Source: Candidatus Poribacteria bacterium (GTDB lineage Bacteria > Poribacteria > WGA-4E > PCPOR2b). From it: a stretch of DNA of 64,000 bases. A program made the translations under genes and the position numbers. A model generated the notes under the pieces. The model had not been told where the DNA came from and did not search any database. It saw only the letters and a list, made by a program, of their open reading frames with translations. The DNA is taken from the NCBI GenBank assembly GCA_965215015.1, contig OZ244042.1, positions 1,664,001-1,728,000 on the forward strand, given 5' to 3'. Shown here piece after piece: positions 27,011 to 38,004 of the stretch (position 1 is the stretch's first letter; each line of letters opens with the position of its first letter).

Positions 27011-27960
27011 CCTGCTTTCTCCTCACTTTGACATTCCAAAAACATCTCCACTTCCTGACGGGTGGGCATGACGGGCAGCGTTCCCAAACGGGTGACAGCC
27101 AAGGCACCGGCAGCGTTGGCACGACGAATAGCGTCCACAAGCGGCAGTCCCTCCGCCACGACGACAGATAGCGTGCCGGAGAAAGCATCTCCTGCTCCGG
27201 TGGTGTCGACCACATCCACTGAGAAACTTGGAACATGGGTTGTGGCGTCTGTCGTTACAAGCAGGGCACCATGTGCCCCCCGATGTAGTACTACGGCACT
27301 CGGCCCCATTCCGAGCAGCTCACGCGCAGCCCGTTCTGCTGTTGCGTCATCTAAGACAGGATAGCCCACCAAGGTCTCCGTCTCCTGTTCATTAGGTGTC
27401 AGAATCGTGCAGGCACGCCAAGTTTCAGCCGTGTAGGGACGAGCGGGCCCAGCATCCACAATCACCGGAACGTCGTAATCCACCCCAAATCGGACAGCAG
27501 CCGCCACGGCAGGTTCGGGAACTTCAAAATTGACCAAAATGACGTCTAGCGTCCCCTGATGCAACGCTAAGGCTCGTGTTACATCATCGGCACTCAGGTA
27601 ATCGTTGGCCCCCAAGACACCTAAGATGGTGTTTTCGCCATCAGCGTCAATCATTGCGATGCCCACGCCCGTCGAGGCTTCCGGGTGAATCGAGACGGCA
27701 TCCACATCAACTCCTTCTTCTTGCAGGGCAGCCATCTCCATACGTCCAAAAGCGTCGTCCCCTATGCAGCCGAGCAGCACCGCTGCCGCTCCTGCCCTCT
27801 GCACAGCGACGGCGGCGTTAGCTCCTTTACCTCCGGGACCAATCTTAAAATTATCCGCCAGCAGCGTTTCGCCCACAGCGGGCAAGCGGGGCGTTTGCAC
27901 CGCCAGATCTATGACAACGCTACCGATGACAGCAATCTGTTTCGTGCCCTTATCTTTCAT
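27007..27960 (-). CDS. rbsK: Ribokinase (PfkB family)
   Basis: GGKGANAAVA, PNEQE, VDTTGAGDAF. Confidence 0.85.
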   Translation of the reverse strand: MKDKGTKQIAVIGSVVIDLAVQTPRLPAVGETLLADNFKIGPGGKGANAAVAVQRAGAAAVLLGCIGDDAFGRMEMAALQEEGVDVDAVSIHPEASTGVGIAMIDADGENTILGVLGANDYLSADDVTRALALHQGTLDVILVNFEVPEPAVAAAVRFGVDYDVPVIVDAGPARPYTAETWRACTILTPNEQETETLVGYPVLDDATAERAARELLGMGPSAVVLHRGAHGALLVTTDATTHVPSFSVDVVDTTGAGDAFSGTLSVVVAEGLPLVDAIRRANAAGALAVTRLGTLPVMPTRQEVEMFLECQSEEKAG

Positions 27961-27963
27961 ATG

Positions 27964-29001
27964 TCAGGTTACCTTTAGAATCTGTGCAACCACCTCATTG
28001 GGATCAATTTCTGTCATACACAGATGCGGCAAATCTTTCCGCATACACTTTCGCTTATAACAGGGGCGACATTCCACCGACTTCTCAATAACTTCGTGGT
28101 TTTCGCCATACGGACCGTGACGCGTCGGGCTTGTTGGTCCAAACAGGGCAATCGTTGGTGTCCCTACAGCCGCCGCGATGTGCATCGGACCACTGTCGCA
28201 GGTTAGGTAAAGGTCACAACTTTCAATCAGGGCACCGAGTTGCATCAGCGTTGTCTGCCCAATCAGGTTAATCGCTTCTACCTTTGCAACCTCCACCAAC
28301 GCTTCGCCAAGCGGAATTTCGGTGGGTGAGCCTGTCAACAGTATCCGCGCACCGAAACGCTTTTGGAGTTGTGTTATCACGTCCCCGAAATTCTCCAAAG
28401 CCCAACGCTTTGTACGCCATGTCGTTCCTATATTCACCCCGATCAGGTGCTCCGTGGGGAGGATGCCCTGAGTTGCAAGGGTCTGACGCACCGCATGACG
28501 GTCTGCATCCGTGTGCCAAAACTCCAACTCTGTGCTTGACTCGTGGATATCGATTAACTCTAGCACACGTAGGTAACGGTGGACTTCGTGGAGATCCCGC
28601 CGATCTGAGCAGACCTTTGTCAACAGGATGCCCCGCCCGCTTACATTCGAGCCAATCCGTTCAGGGATGCCTGCCAAAAATGGGATTAATGCGTTACGGA
28701 AGGAGGTTGGGTGAAGGACAATCGCAAGATCGAAACCTGACCGGCGAATCTCGCTCACCGACTTCCAGAAAGATGGCAAACTGCTGAGTGACCTGCCCTT
28801 GCTGTCAATGATGGCTTCATCGATATATGGGTGGGTTGTCATCAAGTCCGCGACGAGTGGACGAATTAGTAGCGACAAGTGGGATCGGGGATACGCGATT
28901 TTCAGCTCCCTTAACGCCGGCGTGAGCAGTACCATGTCCCCGACCCAGCCGCCGGTTTGGGTGACAAGAATTCGATTACTCAACGAATTGTCCTTTGCCA
29001 C
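27964..29001 (-). CDS. waaF: Glycosyltransferase family 9, LPS heptosyltransferase II-like
   Basis: WVGDMVLLTP, KRW, DSGPMHIAAAVGTPTIALFGPT, CRPC...C...C. Confidence 0.8.
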   Translation of the reverse strand: MAKDNSLSNRILVTQTGGWVGDMVLLTPALRELKIAYPRSHLSLLIRPLVADLMTTHPYIDEAIIDSKGRSLSSLPSFWKSVSEIRRSGFDLAIVLHPTSFRNALIPFLAGIPERIGSNVSGRGILLTKVCSDRRDLHEVHRYLRVLELIDIHESSTELEFWHTDADRHAVRQTLATQGILPTEHLIGVNIGTTWRTKRWALENFGDVITQLQKRFGARILLTGSPTEIPLGEALVEVAKVEAINLIGQTTLMQLGALIESCDLYLTCDSGPMHIAAAVGTPTIALFGPTSPTRHGPYGENHEVIEKSVECRPCYKRKCMRKDLPHLCMTEIDPNEVVAQILKVT

Positions 29002-29105
29002 GTTGGTGGTTTGATTATGACCGCGTACTGGCTAAACGATACCCTTTTAGGCTTTACTCCTTCAATAAACATCGATAAAGAGAGTCGGGATGGGTTTCAG
29101 TGGAC

Positions 29106-30137
29106 TTATTGAATCGGTACGGACCGACCGATTCGGGCGGATTCGTAGAGGGCATCGAAGATTTTCGCAACAATTAGCACCTCTTCCGCGGGTACGGGTG
29201 AGGGTAATCCTTCACGAATTGCTTTGTGGAAGGATTCAAATTCCCCCAGCAAGCCGGTAAGGAGTTCCGGCTCATAGTCGATCATTTCACCTTCTTTATC
29301 CATATAGATGTGTGTCGGACTGTATGTTGCACCGGCACTGTCTCCCATGAAGAAGGTCTGTCCAGTGTTTTCAATATGAGATGCCCACGCGGTCTCCAGC
29401 GTCACGGTTAAACCACCTTCAAAGCGGATAACGCCCATCGCAAAATCTTCGACATCGAATTGGGCAGGGATCCATGTCCCCCACGGATTAATCACGGCGG
29501 CTTGATGTCCAAATTTCTGAGCGACCGATCCAAATGCTTCAATCGGTTTCGGGCAACCGATCATCCACAACAACACATCAAGGATATGCACCCCGATGTC
29601 GATCAGGGGACCCCCTCCCGCTATTGATTTCGTGATAAATGACGGTGAAGCAGGCACACCCCGTCGTCGCATTGCCATTGCGCGAGCGTAGTAAATATTG
29701 CCGAAGAATCCATCATCATATAGCTTGCGTAAAGTCCGCGCCTCTGCTCCAAATCGTGATTGCAACCCAATCTGAAGCACTTTTCCCGACGCTTTCTGGG
29801 CATCGACCATCGCCTGACCGTCGCTTGCATTTCCTGCGATTGGCTTCTCACAGATTACATGTTTTCCAGCTTCAAGTGCCGCTATCGTTGGTGCAGCGTG
29901 AAAGTTATTCGGCGTACAGACACTGACAGCGTCCAACTCAGACATTGCGACGAGGTCGTTGTAATCGGTAAACACATGTTTGATGTTGTGTTGTTTTGCC
30001 CAATCCTCCGCACGCTGCCGGTCAATATCGCAGACAGCGATTATTGAAACGCCTTCGACATTTTGGTGTCCCGGCAAATGTTTGCCACCGGCAATTCCAC
30101 CCGCGCCGATGATACCAACCTTAATTTCTTGCATCAT
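29106..30137 (-). CDS. Gfo/Idh/MocA family oxidoreductase
   Basis: GIIGAGGIA, CEKP, GGGPLIDIGVH. Confidence 0.9.
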   Translation of the reverse strand: MMQEIKVGIIGAGGIAGGKHLPGHQNVEGVSIIAVCDIDRQRAEDWAKQHNIKHVFTDYNDLVAMSELDAVSVCTPNNFHAAPTIAALEAGKHVICEKPIAGNASDGQAMVDAQKASGKVLQIGLQSRFGAEARTLRKLYDDGFFGNIYYARAMAMRRRGVPASPSFITKSIAGGGPLIDIGVHILDVLLWMIGCPKPIEAFGSVAQKFGHQAAVINPWGTWIPAQFDVEDFAMGVIRFEGGLTVTLETAWASHIENTGQTFFMGDSAGATYSPTHIYMDKEGEMIDYEPELLTGLLGEFESFHKAIREGLPSPVPAEEVLIVAKIFDALYESARIGRSVPIQ

Positions 30138-30207
30138 AATTTCCCTTTTGGTGGTTCAGACCTTTGAGTCTTTCATATATCTCTAGACGGTTGGAAGTTG
30201 TATACAA

Positions 30208-31092
30208 TCAATCCGCCCTGTGCATGACCACGCCCTTCGGATTCTCAAAGGCGTCAATCCAGAGACGGCACCACTCCGTATGATCGTCCATCACACTGTC
30301 CGGATCGCGCTGGCTGCGTACGACAAAGTCCGGATGGCCTGTTCTGCCCGTGTGCTGACCGATTGGGTGGTAGCGCAAATCCATTGACCAACGGCACTTA
30401 TCCGAGCGGTTCGGCATCCCACGATGTGGCGTGAAACGGCTCATCAGTACCAGATCGCCCCTGTAACATTCCATTGGCACCGGTTCAATCGCTGGCAGGT
30501 CTTCGGGAAAAATGCTCGTGCCGCCGTGGGGTCTATGCCGCAGATACCCGCCTTTGACCACGCCGGGCAAAACCTCCAGACACCCCATCTCGGCGGTCGC
30601 ATCACCCAATGGCAGCCAGCAGGTGATGATGTCCGAGCCTTCTGCCTCCGGCATGATAACCCCAGCATCTTGGTGCAAGGGACCGATGTGCGAAGTCGGG
30701 TTGCTGTCCTCATAGTACCGGATTGGAGGTGTAGGGCGTAGGTGTTGGATCGGATTGCAGATGATTTCGGGGCCAACGAGCGATTCGATGACATCGAGCA
30801 GATTCTTATTGTGCAGAAATTCAAAGACCGCCTGCCCGCGGTAGTCCATGATGTCAAGACCACTACCAATCTCTTTGGATTGTGCGAACAGGCGTCCGTA
30901 CCGGGTTTCAAACGGTTCATCTTCACACAGGTCTTCGATCTTTCCTTCTGCCTTCAGCTCGTGTGCCCGACAATCGATGAACTCGGCTATCTCATTGATT
31001 ACCGGCTGCAAATCCTCATTGTTGAGGGCATTTTTGACAATCAGGACACCACGGGTATGAAATTCTACAATCTGTTCAGTTGTCAACTTCAT
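30208..31092 (-). CDS. PhyH-family dioxygenase
   Basis: LHQD, MGCLEVLPG, PHRG.PNRS..RWSMDLRY. Confidence 0.85.
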   Translation of the reverse strand: MKLTTEQIVEFHTRGVLIVKNALNNEDLQPVINEIAEFIDCRAHELKAEGKIEDLCEDEPFETRYGRLFAQSKEIGSGLDIMDYRGQAVFEFLHNKNLLDVIESLVGPEIICNPIQHLRPTPPIRYYEDSNPTSHIGPLHQDAGVIMPEAEGSDIITCWLPLGDATAEMGCLEVLPGVVKGGYLRHRPHGGTSIFPEDLPAIEPVPMECYRGDLVLMSRFTPHRGMPNRSDKCRWSMDLRYHPIGQHTGRTGHPDFVVRSQRDPDSVMDDHTEWCRLWIDAFENPKGVVMHRAD

Positions 31093-31146
31093 CGTGTTCC
31101 TCCGAATTTAGATGATAGTGATTCTAAATACAATCCGCATTCCTTT

Positions 31147-32091
31147 CTAATGAACCTTAACCAACTTGCGAAAGCTGCGGACTTCTCTGGGGGGAGAAAG
31201 ATTTCGACCATAGGCAGCCCAAGAAACCTCGCCCACGTATATATCTCCATGCGAATCAATTGCTATACCGTGGGGGGAGATAAATTGTCCGGGACCCTCG
31301 CCACGCCACACATCGCCCAATCGGGCGAGACGGTGACCATTCAGGGCGTGAATGGTAACACAGCCGCCAATGTTAGGATAGTCAGCGTTTACTTCAAGTT
31401 GGGTCGGAACTTGACCGATGTAGACCAGGTCGTCTTCAATGTGCAATCCACAAGGACGATGCAGATTGTTCCATTGGCCTAAATAGTGCCCCCCCTCATC
31501 GAATATCTGTACACGATGGCTTTCCCGGTCGGCAACGTATACCTTACCCTCGCTGTCGGTACAGACGCTGTGCACCAAGTTGAACTGCCCCGGATCCGTT
31601 CCATACTCTCCCCAAGAGAAAAGATGCGCCCCATCGGGGGAAAACTTGTGTACTCTGGCATTGCCGTATCCGTCCGATATATAGAGCTCATCGGTTTTGG
31701 GGTCAAAGGCTACCTTGGTTGGTCTGTTAAAGGGTTGTCCACTGTGAATTGGCGCAGGTTCGCCGGGTGTGCTGATAGTCATCAAAACTTCGCCATCGGG
31801 AGCACATTTCCGGATCGAGTGATCGCCGTCGTCCACGCAATAGAGCATTCCATCGGGACCTACAGTAACGCCGTGGGCGCGGGTAAACAAATCCTCTCCC
31901 CATGAGGCGACAAAGCTGCCGTCCTGCTCAAAGATTATCATGGGATGCTCACCCCGGTTGAATACATAGACGCGGTCTTGTGAATCCACTACTACATCGG
32001 CAACCTCCTTAAAACTCCAACCTTCAGGCAACTTCGCCCAATCCGCCAATTCTTCGTAGATATAATCTTCAGCACCAAGTCTTGTTGCCAT
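31147..32091 (-). CDS. NHL-repeat protein (peptidyl-alpha-hydroxyglycine amidating lyase-like)
   Basis: FNRPTKVAF, YISDGYGNARVHKF, FNLVHSV...VYVADRESHRVQIF. Confidence 0.85.
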   Translation of the reverse strand: MATRLGAEDYIYEELADWAKLPEGWSFKEVADVVVDSQDRVYVFNRGEHPMIIFEQDGSFVASWGEDLFTRAHGVTVGPDGMLYCVDDGDHSIRKCAPDGEVLMTISTPGEPAPIHSGQPFNRPTKVAFDPKTDELYISDGYGNARVHKFSPDGAHLFSWGEYGTDPGQFNLVHSVCTDSEGKVYVADRESHRVQIFDEGGHYLGQWNNLHRPCGLHIEDDLVYIGQVPTQLEVNADYPNIGGCVTIHALNGHRLARLGDVWRGEGPGQFISPHGIAIDSHGDIYVGEVSWAAYGRNLSPPREVRSFRKLVKVH

Positions 32092-32136
32092 GCTTCGCCT
32101 CCCTTACATGTGTGTTGTTTTAACTTTGTACAGGTT

Positions 32137-33330
32137 TCAGAAATCCTCTAAACCGAACCGATACCCGCGAATCTGCGCCATCGGCGCATCGTCGTTGATG
32201 TAATTGACGGCTAAGAACTTTCCCCGTTCGTATTCGACCCATGCGGCGTAACCGCTATCGGCACCGAGGTTATTGGCATCAAGGTCTAGCGGGAGCAGCA
32301 AGCCCTTTTGGGTTGCTTTATCTGGATTGAGTGCGCTCTCCAATGGCTCCAGAAATGCAAAGGTGTGGACCGATGAACCGCCTGCGGCGACAATCACTTC
32401 ATCGTCTGTTACCAGTTCACTGGGTTCTGGCTGTCTACGGGCGATGAACGCCTCGTTAGCTGGGACTCTTGGGATGACAATGGTTCGTCGGGCCAACCGT
32501 CTCTGCCAAGTCTCTGCCGACATGTCAACGCGCCAACAAGAACGCAAGCCAAAACGTCCAGTGATTAACATAAACCCATCTTGCGTGAGTCCCGCGACCG
32601 GCATACCGTGAGCGGCTGGGTTTAGGGTGTCGTAGGGACCTTCCCACCGGAGACCGCCATCCTTAGAAATCATCTTTTGTAACGGACGCCCCAAATCCTC
32701 CCGTAGGTAGACGACCAATTCCCCATTGGGACAAGGCACGATAGTCGCTTCATCAAGGGCGTAGTTAGGACTATCAAAGATAGTCAACGGTATATCCCAC
32801 GTCTGCCCTTCGTCGTGGCTTGTTGTGATATTTTGGATAATCTGCCCGGTTTTCGGACTGCTAACGTTGCTCGGAAGTAGCCACCGGCCATCAGCCATCT
32901 CCGTAACTATGTCCGGACAGATCCCTTTGACCGGAGTTGGAATCGGATCTGACCAGCTTTCTCCATCGTCATCGCTGAACCAGAGCACAATGTGGCAGTT
33001 TGCCTCCCCTTCTCCCCACTCCCCCGGTGGAAAAAGATAGGTATCACAGAGCAACAGAATCCGTCCGTCTTTGAGCTGCTGTATTTTGGGGCAGTTCCAC
33101 GTCGTCAAGACGCCGGTCGATTTATCTTCATCGCGGATCACCCGTGGCTCGGACCAAGTGTATCCCGCATCGTCACTGACTCGGACAATTAAGCGACAAA
33201 ACTCGCTCGCGACATGGCCGTTGCTCTCGCGATAGGTCAAGAGGATTCTATCGGTTCGGGAACGGCAGATATAGGGAAAACATTCATAGATGTCATCGTT
33301 CCGTGCAATGGTAAATTTCTCGATTGCCAT
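32137..33330 (-). CDS. BNR/Asp-box repeat sialidase-family protein
   Basis: Asp boxes SDDAGYTW, SDDDGESW, SHDEGQTW, SKDGGLRW; C-terminal DSGY. Confidence 0.8.
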   Translation of the reverse strand: MAIEKFTIARNDDIYECFPYICRSRTDRILLTYRESNGHVASEFCRLIVRVSDDAGYTWSEPRVIRDEDKSTGVLTTWNCPKIQQLKDGRILLLCDTYLFPPGEWGEGEANCHIVLWFSDDDGESWSDPIPTPVKGICPDIVTEMADGRWLLPSNVSSPKTGQIIQNITTSHDEGQTWDIPLTIFDSPNYALDEATIVPCPNGELVVYLREDLGRPLQKMISKDGGLRWEGPYDTLNPAAHGMPVAGLTQDGFMLITGRFGLRSCWRVDMSAETWQRRLARRTIVIPRVPANEAFIARRQPEPSELVTDDEVIVAAGGSSVHTFAFLEPLESALNPDKATQKGLLLPLDLDANNLGADSGYAAWVEYERGKFLAVNYINDDAPMAQIRGYRFGLEDF

Positions 33331-33371
33331 GGCTTCCACCCTGTCCAACAAATCATGTGGGACTTACCAAT

Positions 33372-34313
33372 TTACGAAGAAGCGTGCGATTTTATCTTAA
33401 GTATCTCCTGCAACTTTTCATCTCGCTCTGCGATGAGTGCACTCGCCTTTCCCGATGGATAGTCGTAAAAGCCAGAACCGCTTTTCGCACCTAATTTTCC
33501 CGCTGCAACTAAATCCTGAAGTGCTTTCGGAGAATCGGTTGCATTACTCAAGGATTTGGCAAGGTAGCTTCCAACTGTGTTGAAAATATCAAGCCCTCCG
33601 AGATCCGCAATCTCTAACGGACCAAGCAATGCCCAACGCAATCCCAATCCATGCTTCATCACCGCATCAATGTCAGCAGGTGATGCGATTCCTTCCTCAA
33701 CAAGATGTAACGCTTCGCGCACCACGGCAAACTGGATGCGGCTAGCGACAAATCCGGGGACATCTTTCTGCACCAGAATCGGCTGCTTTTGCATCTGTTT
33801 TGCCAAATCGATTAGGACTTCACAGGTCGCATCGGAGGTTGCTTGGCCCTTGATAATTTCTAGTGCAGGAACGATTTGGGGCGGATTGAAGTAGTGCATC
33901 CCTGCAAATCGCTCAGGATGGGAAACCGCTGTGGCAATCTGCGAAATGCTTAATCCAGAAGTGTTTGTTGTAAAGAGCGTCTTTGCGGCGCAGATTTCAT
34001 CCAGTTTCTGAAAGATATCCTGTTTTACTTCCAGTTTTTCAGCAATCGACTCTGAGATGAGGTCAACCTGTGCGAGTTCCGTCAAATCGTGGGTGGCGTA
34101 AATTTTTGCACTTGCGGCATTTGTCTCTATCCCAATGTGGGCAGAAGTCACAGCGATATTAGGGCGGATACGTTCCAAGGCGCGCTGCATCCCCGCCTTA
34201 CTCCTGTTGTACAGAATCACAGTGTAACCAAATTCCGCGAAGATTTCTGCGACACCCGCTCCCATTGTGCCTGCACCGACAATACCAATCTTTTTAATGC
34301 TTTCAATATCCAT
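33372..34313 (-). CDS. 3-hydroxyacyl-CoA dehydrogenase family protein
   Basis: GAGTMG, E.LEVK, TNTS, GMHYFNPP, GFVASR, G.LG.KSG.GFY. Confidence 0.9.
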   Translation of the reverse strand: MDIESIKKIGIVGAGTMGAGVAEIFAEFGYTVILYNRSKAGMQRALERIRPNIAVTSAHIGIETNAASAKIYATHDLTELAQVDLISESIAEKLEVKQDIFQKLDEICAAKTLFTTNTSGLSISQIATAVSHPERFAGMHYFNPPQIVPALEIIKGQATSDATCEVLIDLAKQMQKQPILVQKDVPGFVASRIQFAVVREALHLVEEGIASPADIDAVMKHGLGLRWALLGPLEIADLGGLDIFNTVGSYLAKSLSNATDSPKALQDLVAAGKLGAKSGSGFYDYPSGKASALIAERDEKLQEILKIKSHASS

Positions 34314-34316
34314 ACT

Positions 34317-35216
34317 TTATTCCCCCGCTAGCACCGCTTCGATCGCCTGCAATTCCGCAGCTGTCAACCGCCAATCCTGTCCCCCGACGTGCTCGGCGAC
34401 CTGTTCAGGCGTTTTTGCGCCGACGAGGACACAGGTAATCCCCGACAGCCGCAACTGCCAACCAATTGCTAATTGAATGAGCGTAAGATTCCGTTCTTGA
34501 GCGATGGTTTGCAGCTTTTCTGCTATCGCCAAGTTTCTCCGAAATTCTTCCCCTTGAAATCGGGACATCCCTGAGCGTTCATCGTCTGCCGGAAATTGAT
34601 GATCTGGCGTGTACTTGCCGGTTAGTAACCCCTTGGCCAATGGACTGTATGGGAGGATGCCGATGCTACGCGCCTCGCAGTAGGGTAGTATTTCCATCTC
34701 GATTTCACGGTCGAGCAGGCTGTAACGGGGTTGAAGTGAATGAAAAGACGCGGTTTGGGTGGCGAGTTCCATCTGTTCAACGTTGAAGTTGGAGACGCCA
34801 ATATAGCGCGTCTTGCCTTCTTGACGTAACTTTTCCATCATTTCCATACTGTCATCGACCGGATACTGCGGATTCCAGCCGTGGATCTGATAGAGATCTA
34901 CATAATCTGTTTGTAACGCACGTAGGCTATTCTCCATCGCATGGCGGATAGCATCCGGCGAATAGTCCCTGCTGACCTTTGTAGCGAGAAAAACCCGCGC
35001 TCGTCGGCCGCCCTTCAACGCTTTGCCGATGATTGCCTCCGATACACGGTATGATTGTGCGGTGTCGATGAGCGTAATGCCGTGGTCAAGCACCGCGTGC
35101 ACTGTGGCAATTGCTGCCCCTTCATCAACTACGCCCATTGCTCCACCAATGGGCCAAGCCCCGAAACCAATTACGGATACACGGTCTCCATCTTTTCCTA
35201 GTTGTCGTTTTTCCAT
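34317..35216 (-). CDS. Aldo/keto reductase
   Basis: IDTAQSY, ATK, DLYQIH, IGVSNF, YSPLAKGLLTGKY. Confidence 0.9.
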   Translation of the reverse strand: MEKRQLGKDGDRVSVIGFGAWPIGGAMGVVDEGAAIATVHAVLDHGITLIDTAQSYRVSEAIIGKALKGGRRARVFLATKVSRDYSPDAIRHAMENSLRALQTDYVDLYQIHGWNPQYPVDDSMEMMEKLRQEGKTRYIGVSNFNVEQMELATQTASFHSLQPRYSLLDREIEMEILPYCEARSIGILPYSPLAKGLLTGKYTPDHQFPADDERSGMSRFQGEEFRRNLAIAEKLQTIAQERNLTLIQLAIGWQLRLSGITCVLVGAKTPEQVAEHVGGQDWRLTAAELQAIEAVLAGE

Positions 35217-35439
35217 CTATTTGCCTCCTACAAATGCCTAATCAACAGTCCGCCATCTTTCTCTTTTAGAGCTAAGCCTCAAGTATTTTAGCACACCATC
35301 GGTTTTTATGCGAAAAAAATGGGGCACTAGTGTGCAACTGCTCTGTCAATGGATAGGGGTTTTGGGATCTTTCAGGCTATACTCTATTTTGTCAGTGTCA
35401 ATCTCCCCCAAAATCAGTTTAGGGGCGAACCTTACCGAC

Positions 35440-37510
35440 TGTCTGAATCTGGATTAACAGGATTTTAGGATTCCCAGGATTGACTGTCTCCCTTGTCCTT
35501 CACTATCCTGCAAATCCTTCCATCTTAAAGATCCTGATTCTAACAAGTTACAGACTGCTCCTTCCAAAATCATCGCCGCATTCTGTCTGAATCGGGATTG
35601 ATTGGATTTTAGGATTAACCGGATTGACTGTCTCCCTTGTCCTTCACTATCCTGCAAATCCTTCCATCTTGAGCATCCTGATTCTGACAAGTTACAGACT
35701 GCTCCTTCCAAAATCATCGCTGCATTCTGTCTGAATCGGGATTGACTGTCTCCCTTGCCCTTCGCTATCCTGCAAATCCTTTCATCTTGAAGATCCTGAT
35801 TCTGACAAGTTACACAATCTCCTCCAAAATTATCGCCGTATTCTGTCTGAATCGGGATTTACCAGATTTTAGTATTCACCGGATTGACTGTCTCCCTTGC
35901 CCTTCGCTATCCCGAAAATCCTTCCATCTTGAGAATCCTGATTCTAACAAGTTACACATTGCTCCTTCCAAAATCATCGCGACATTTGTCTGAATCTGGA
36001 TTGATTGGATTTTAGGATTCACCGGATTGGCTTTATCCCTTGCCCTGCACTATCCTGAAAATCCTTTCATCTTGAGAATCCTGATTCTAACAAGTTACAC
36101 ATTGCTCCTTCCAAAATCATCGCCGCATTCTATCTGAATCTGGATTGATTGGATTTTAGGATTCACCGGATTGGCTTTATCCCTTGCCCTGCACTATCCT
36201 GAAAATCCTTTCATCTTGAGAATCCTGATTCTGACAAGTTACACATTGCTCCTTCCAAAATCATCGCGACATTTGTCTGAATCGGGATTGATTGGATTTT
36301 AGTATTCACCGGATTGACTTTATCCCTTGCCATTCACTATCCTGCAAATCCTTCCATCTTGAGCATCCTGATTCTGACAAGTTACACAATCTCCTCCAAA
36401 ATTATCGCGACATTTGTCTGAATCGGGATTTACCGGATTTTAGTATTAACCGGATTGACTGTCTCCATTGCCCTTGGCTATCCCGAAAATCCTTCCATCT
36501 TGAGCATCCTGATTCTGACAAGTTACACACTGCTCCTTCCAAAATCATCGCGACATTTGTCTGAATCGGGATTTACCGGATTTTAGTATTAACCGGATTG
36601 ACTGTCTCCATTGCCCTTCACTATCCCGAAAATCCTTCCATCTTGAGCATCCTGATTCTGACAAGTTACACATTGCTCCTTCCAAAATCATCGCGACATT
36701 TGTCTGAATCGGGATTTACCGGATTTTAGTATTAACCGGATTGACTCTCTTGCCATTGCCCTTGGCTATCCTGCAAATCCTTCCATCTTGAGCATCCTGA
36801 TTCTGACAAGTTACACATTGCTCCTTCCAAAATCATCGCGACATTTGTCTGAATCGGGATTTACCGGATTTTAGTATTAACCGGATTGACTCTCTTGCCA
36901 TTGCCCTTGGCTATCCCGAAAATCCTTCCATCTTGAGCATCCTGATTCTGACAAGTTACACACTGCTCCTTCCAAAATCATCGCGACATTTGTCTGAATC
37001 GGGATTTACCGGATTTTAGTATTAACCGGATTGACTGTCTCCATTGCCCTTCACTATCCCGAAAATCCTTCCATCTTGAGCATCCTGATTCTGACAAGTT
37101 ACACATTGCTCCTTCCAAAATCATCGCGACATTTGTCTGAATCGGGATTTACCGGATTTTAGTATTAACCGGATTGACTGTCTCCATTGCCCTTGGCTAT
37201 CCCGAAAATCCTTCCATCTTGAGCATCCTGATTCTGACAAGTTACACATTGCTCCTTCCAAAATCATCGCGACATTTGTCTGAATCGGGATTTACCGGAT
37301 TTTAGTATTAATAGGATTGCCTCTATCCACTGCCCTTGGCTATCCTGACAATCCTTTCATCTTGAGAATCCTGATTCTGACAGTTTACAGCCCCTCCTCC
37401 AAAATCATCGCCGCATTCTGTCTGAATCTGGATTGACTGGATTGATTTTATCAGCTATTAGTGCTGATTATCCTGCGAATCCTTTCCTCCTGAATATCCC
37501 ATTCTAACCA
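35440..37510. repeat. Tandem array of ~143-bp units (14 plus 1 degenerate), each a ~106-bp imperfect palindrome plus a ~37-bp linker
   Basis: Unit starts (TGTCTGAATC) at 35440, 35584, 35728, 35844, 35987, 36131, 36274, 36415, 36558, 36701, 36846, 36991, 37134, 37277 and 37419; unit ends ATCCTGATTCTGACA. Confidence 0.95.
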
Positions 37511-37749
37511 TTGGCCCTGTCATCTCCTCTGCGATCGATTCCGTTCCCATATTTATCTTATCATATCCAATACCAAAAGTCACATCATTCATATCATGAC
37601 ACTGGTGAGGTTTTATCCTCCCGATACTTGAAACCCCGATGGTTTTTTTTGTATTCAGATCTGCGTTGAGGTATAATATTAAATAATTGTGAGGAAGCGT
37701 TTCTTATTACATTTTACGTTTTAGGCATTACGTTTTTGTTGGAGGAACT

Positions 37750-38004
37750 ATGAAAGTTAAGGTTAAATATTTTGCAGTTTTACATGAAGAGTTAGATCGA
37801 GACGAAGAAGATATGGACCTACCAGAGGGAACAACCGTGAGGGCTATCTTGGACCGCCTGGAGGCAGAGTGGCCCGAAATCGCAGAATACTACGATGTGA
37901 TGCAAATGTCTGTGAATTGGGAGTATGCCACGCCGGATAGCGAACTTTCAGATGGCGATGAGGTCGCTCTGATTCCACCGGTGACCGGAGGTCAAGATGT
38001 TTAA
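37750..38004 (+). CDS. moaD: Molybdopterin synthase sulfur carrier subunit
   Basis: Ubiquitin-like MKVKVKYFA...VN.EY....L.DGDEVALIPPVTGG, followed by an extra QDV; GGAGG RBS. Confidence 0.9.
   Translation: MKVKVKYFAVLHEELDRDEEDMDLPEGTTVRAILDRLEAEWPEIAEYYDVMQMSVNWEYATPDSELSDGDEVALIPPVTGGQDV

Noticed and set aside
35454-36564. Short ORFs inside the tandem array
   Set aside because: By-products of the repeat; the period is mostly not a multiple of 3 and stops recur.
35440-37510. CRISPR array
   Set aside because: The whole ~143-bp unit repeats, there are no unique spacers, and no cas genes are in the window.
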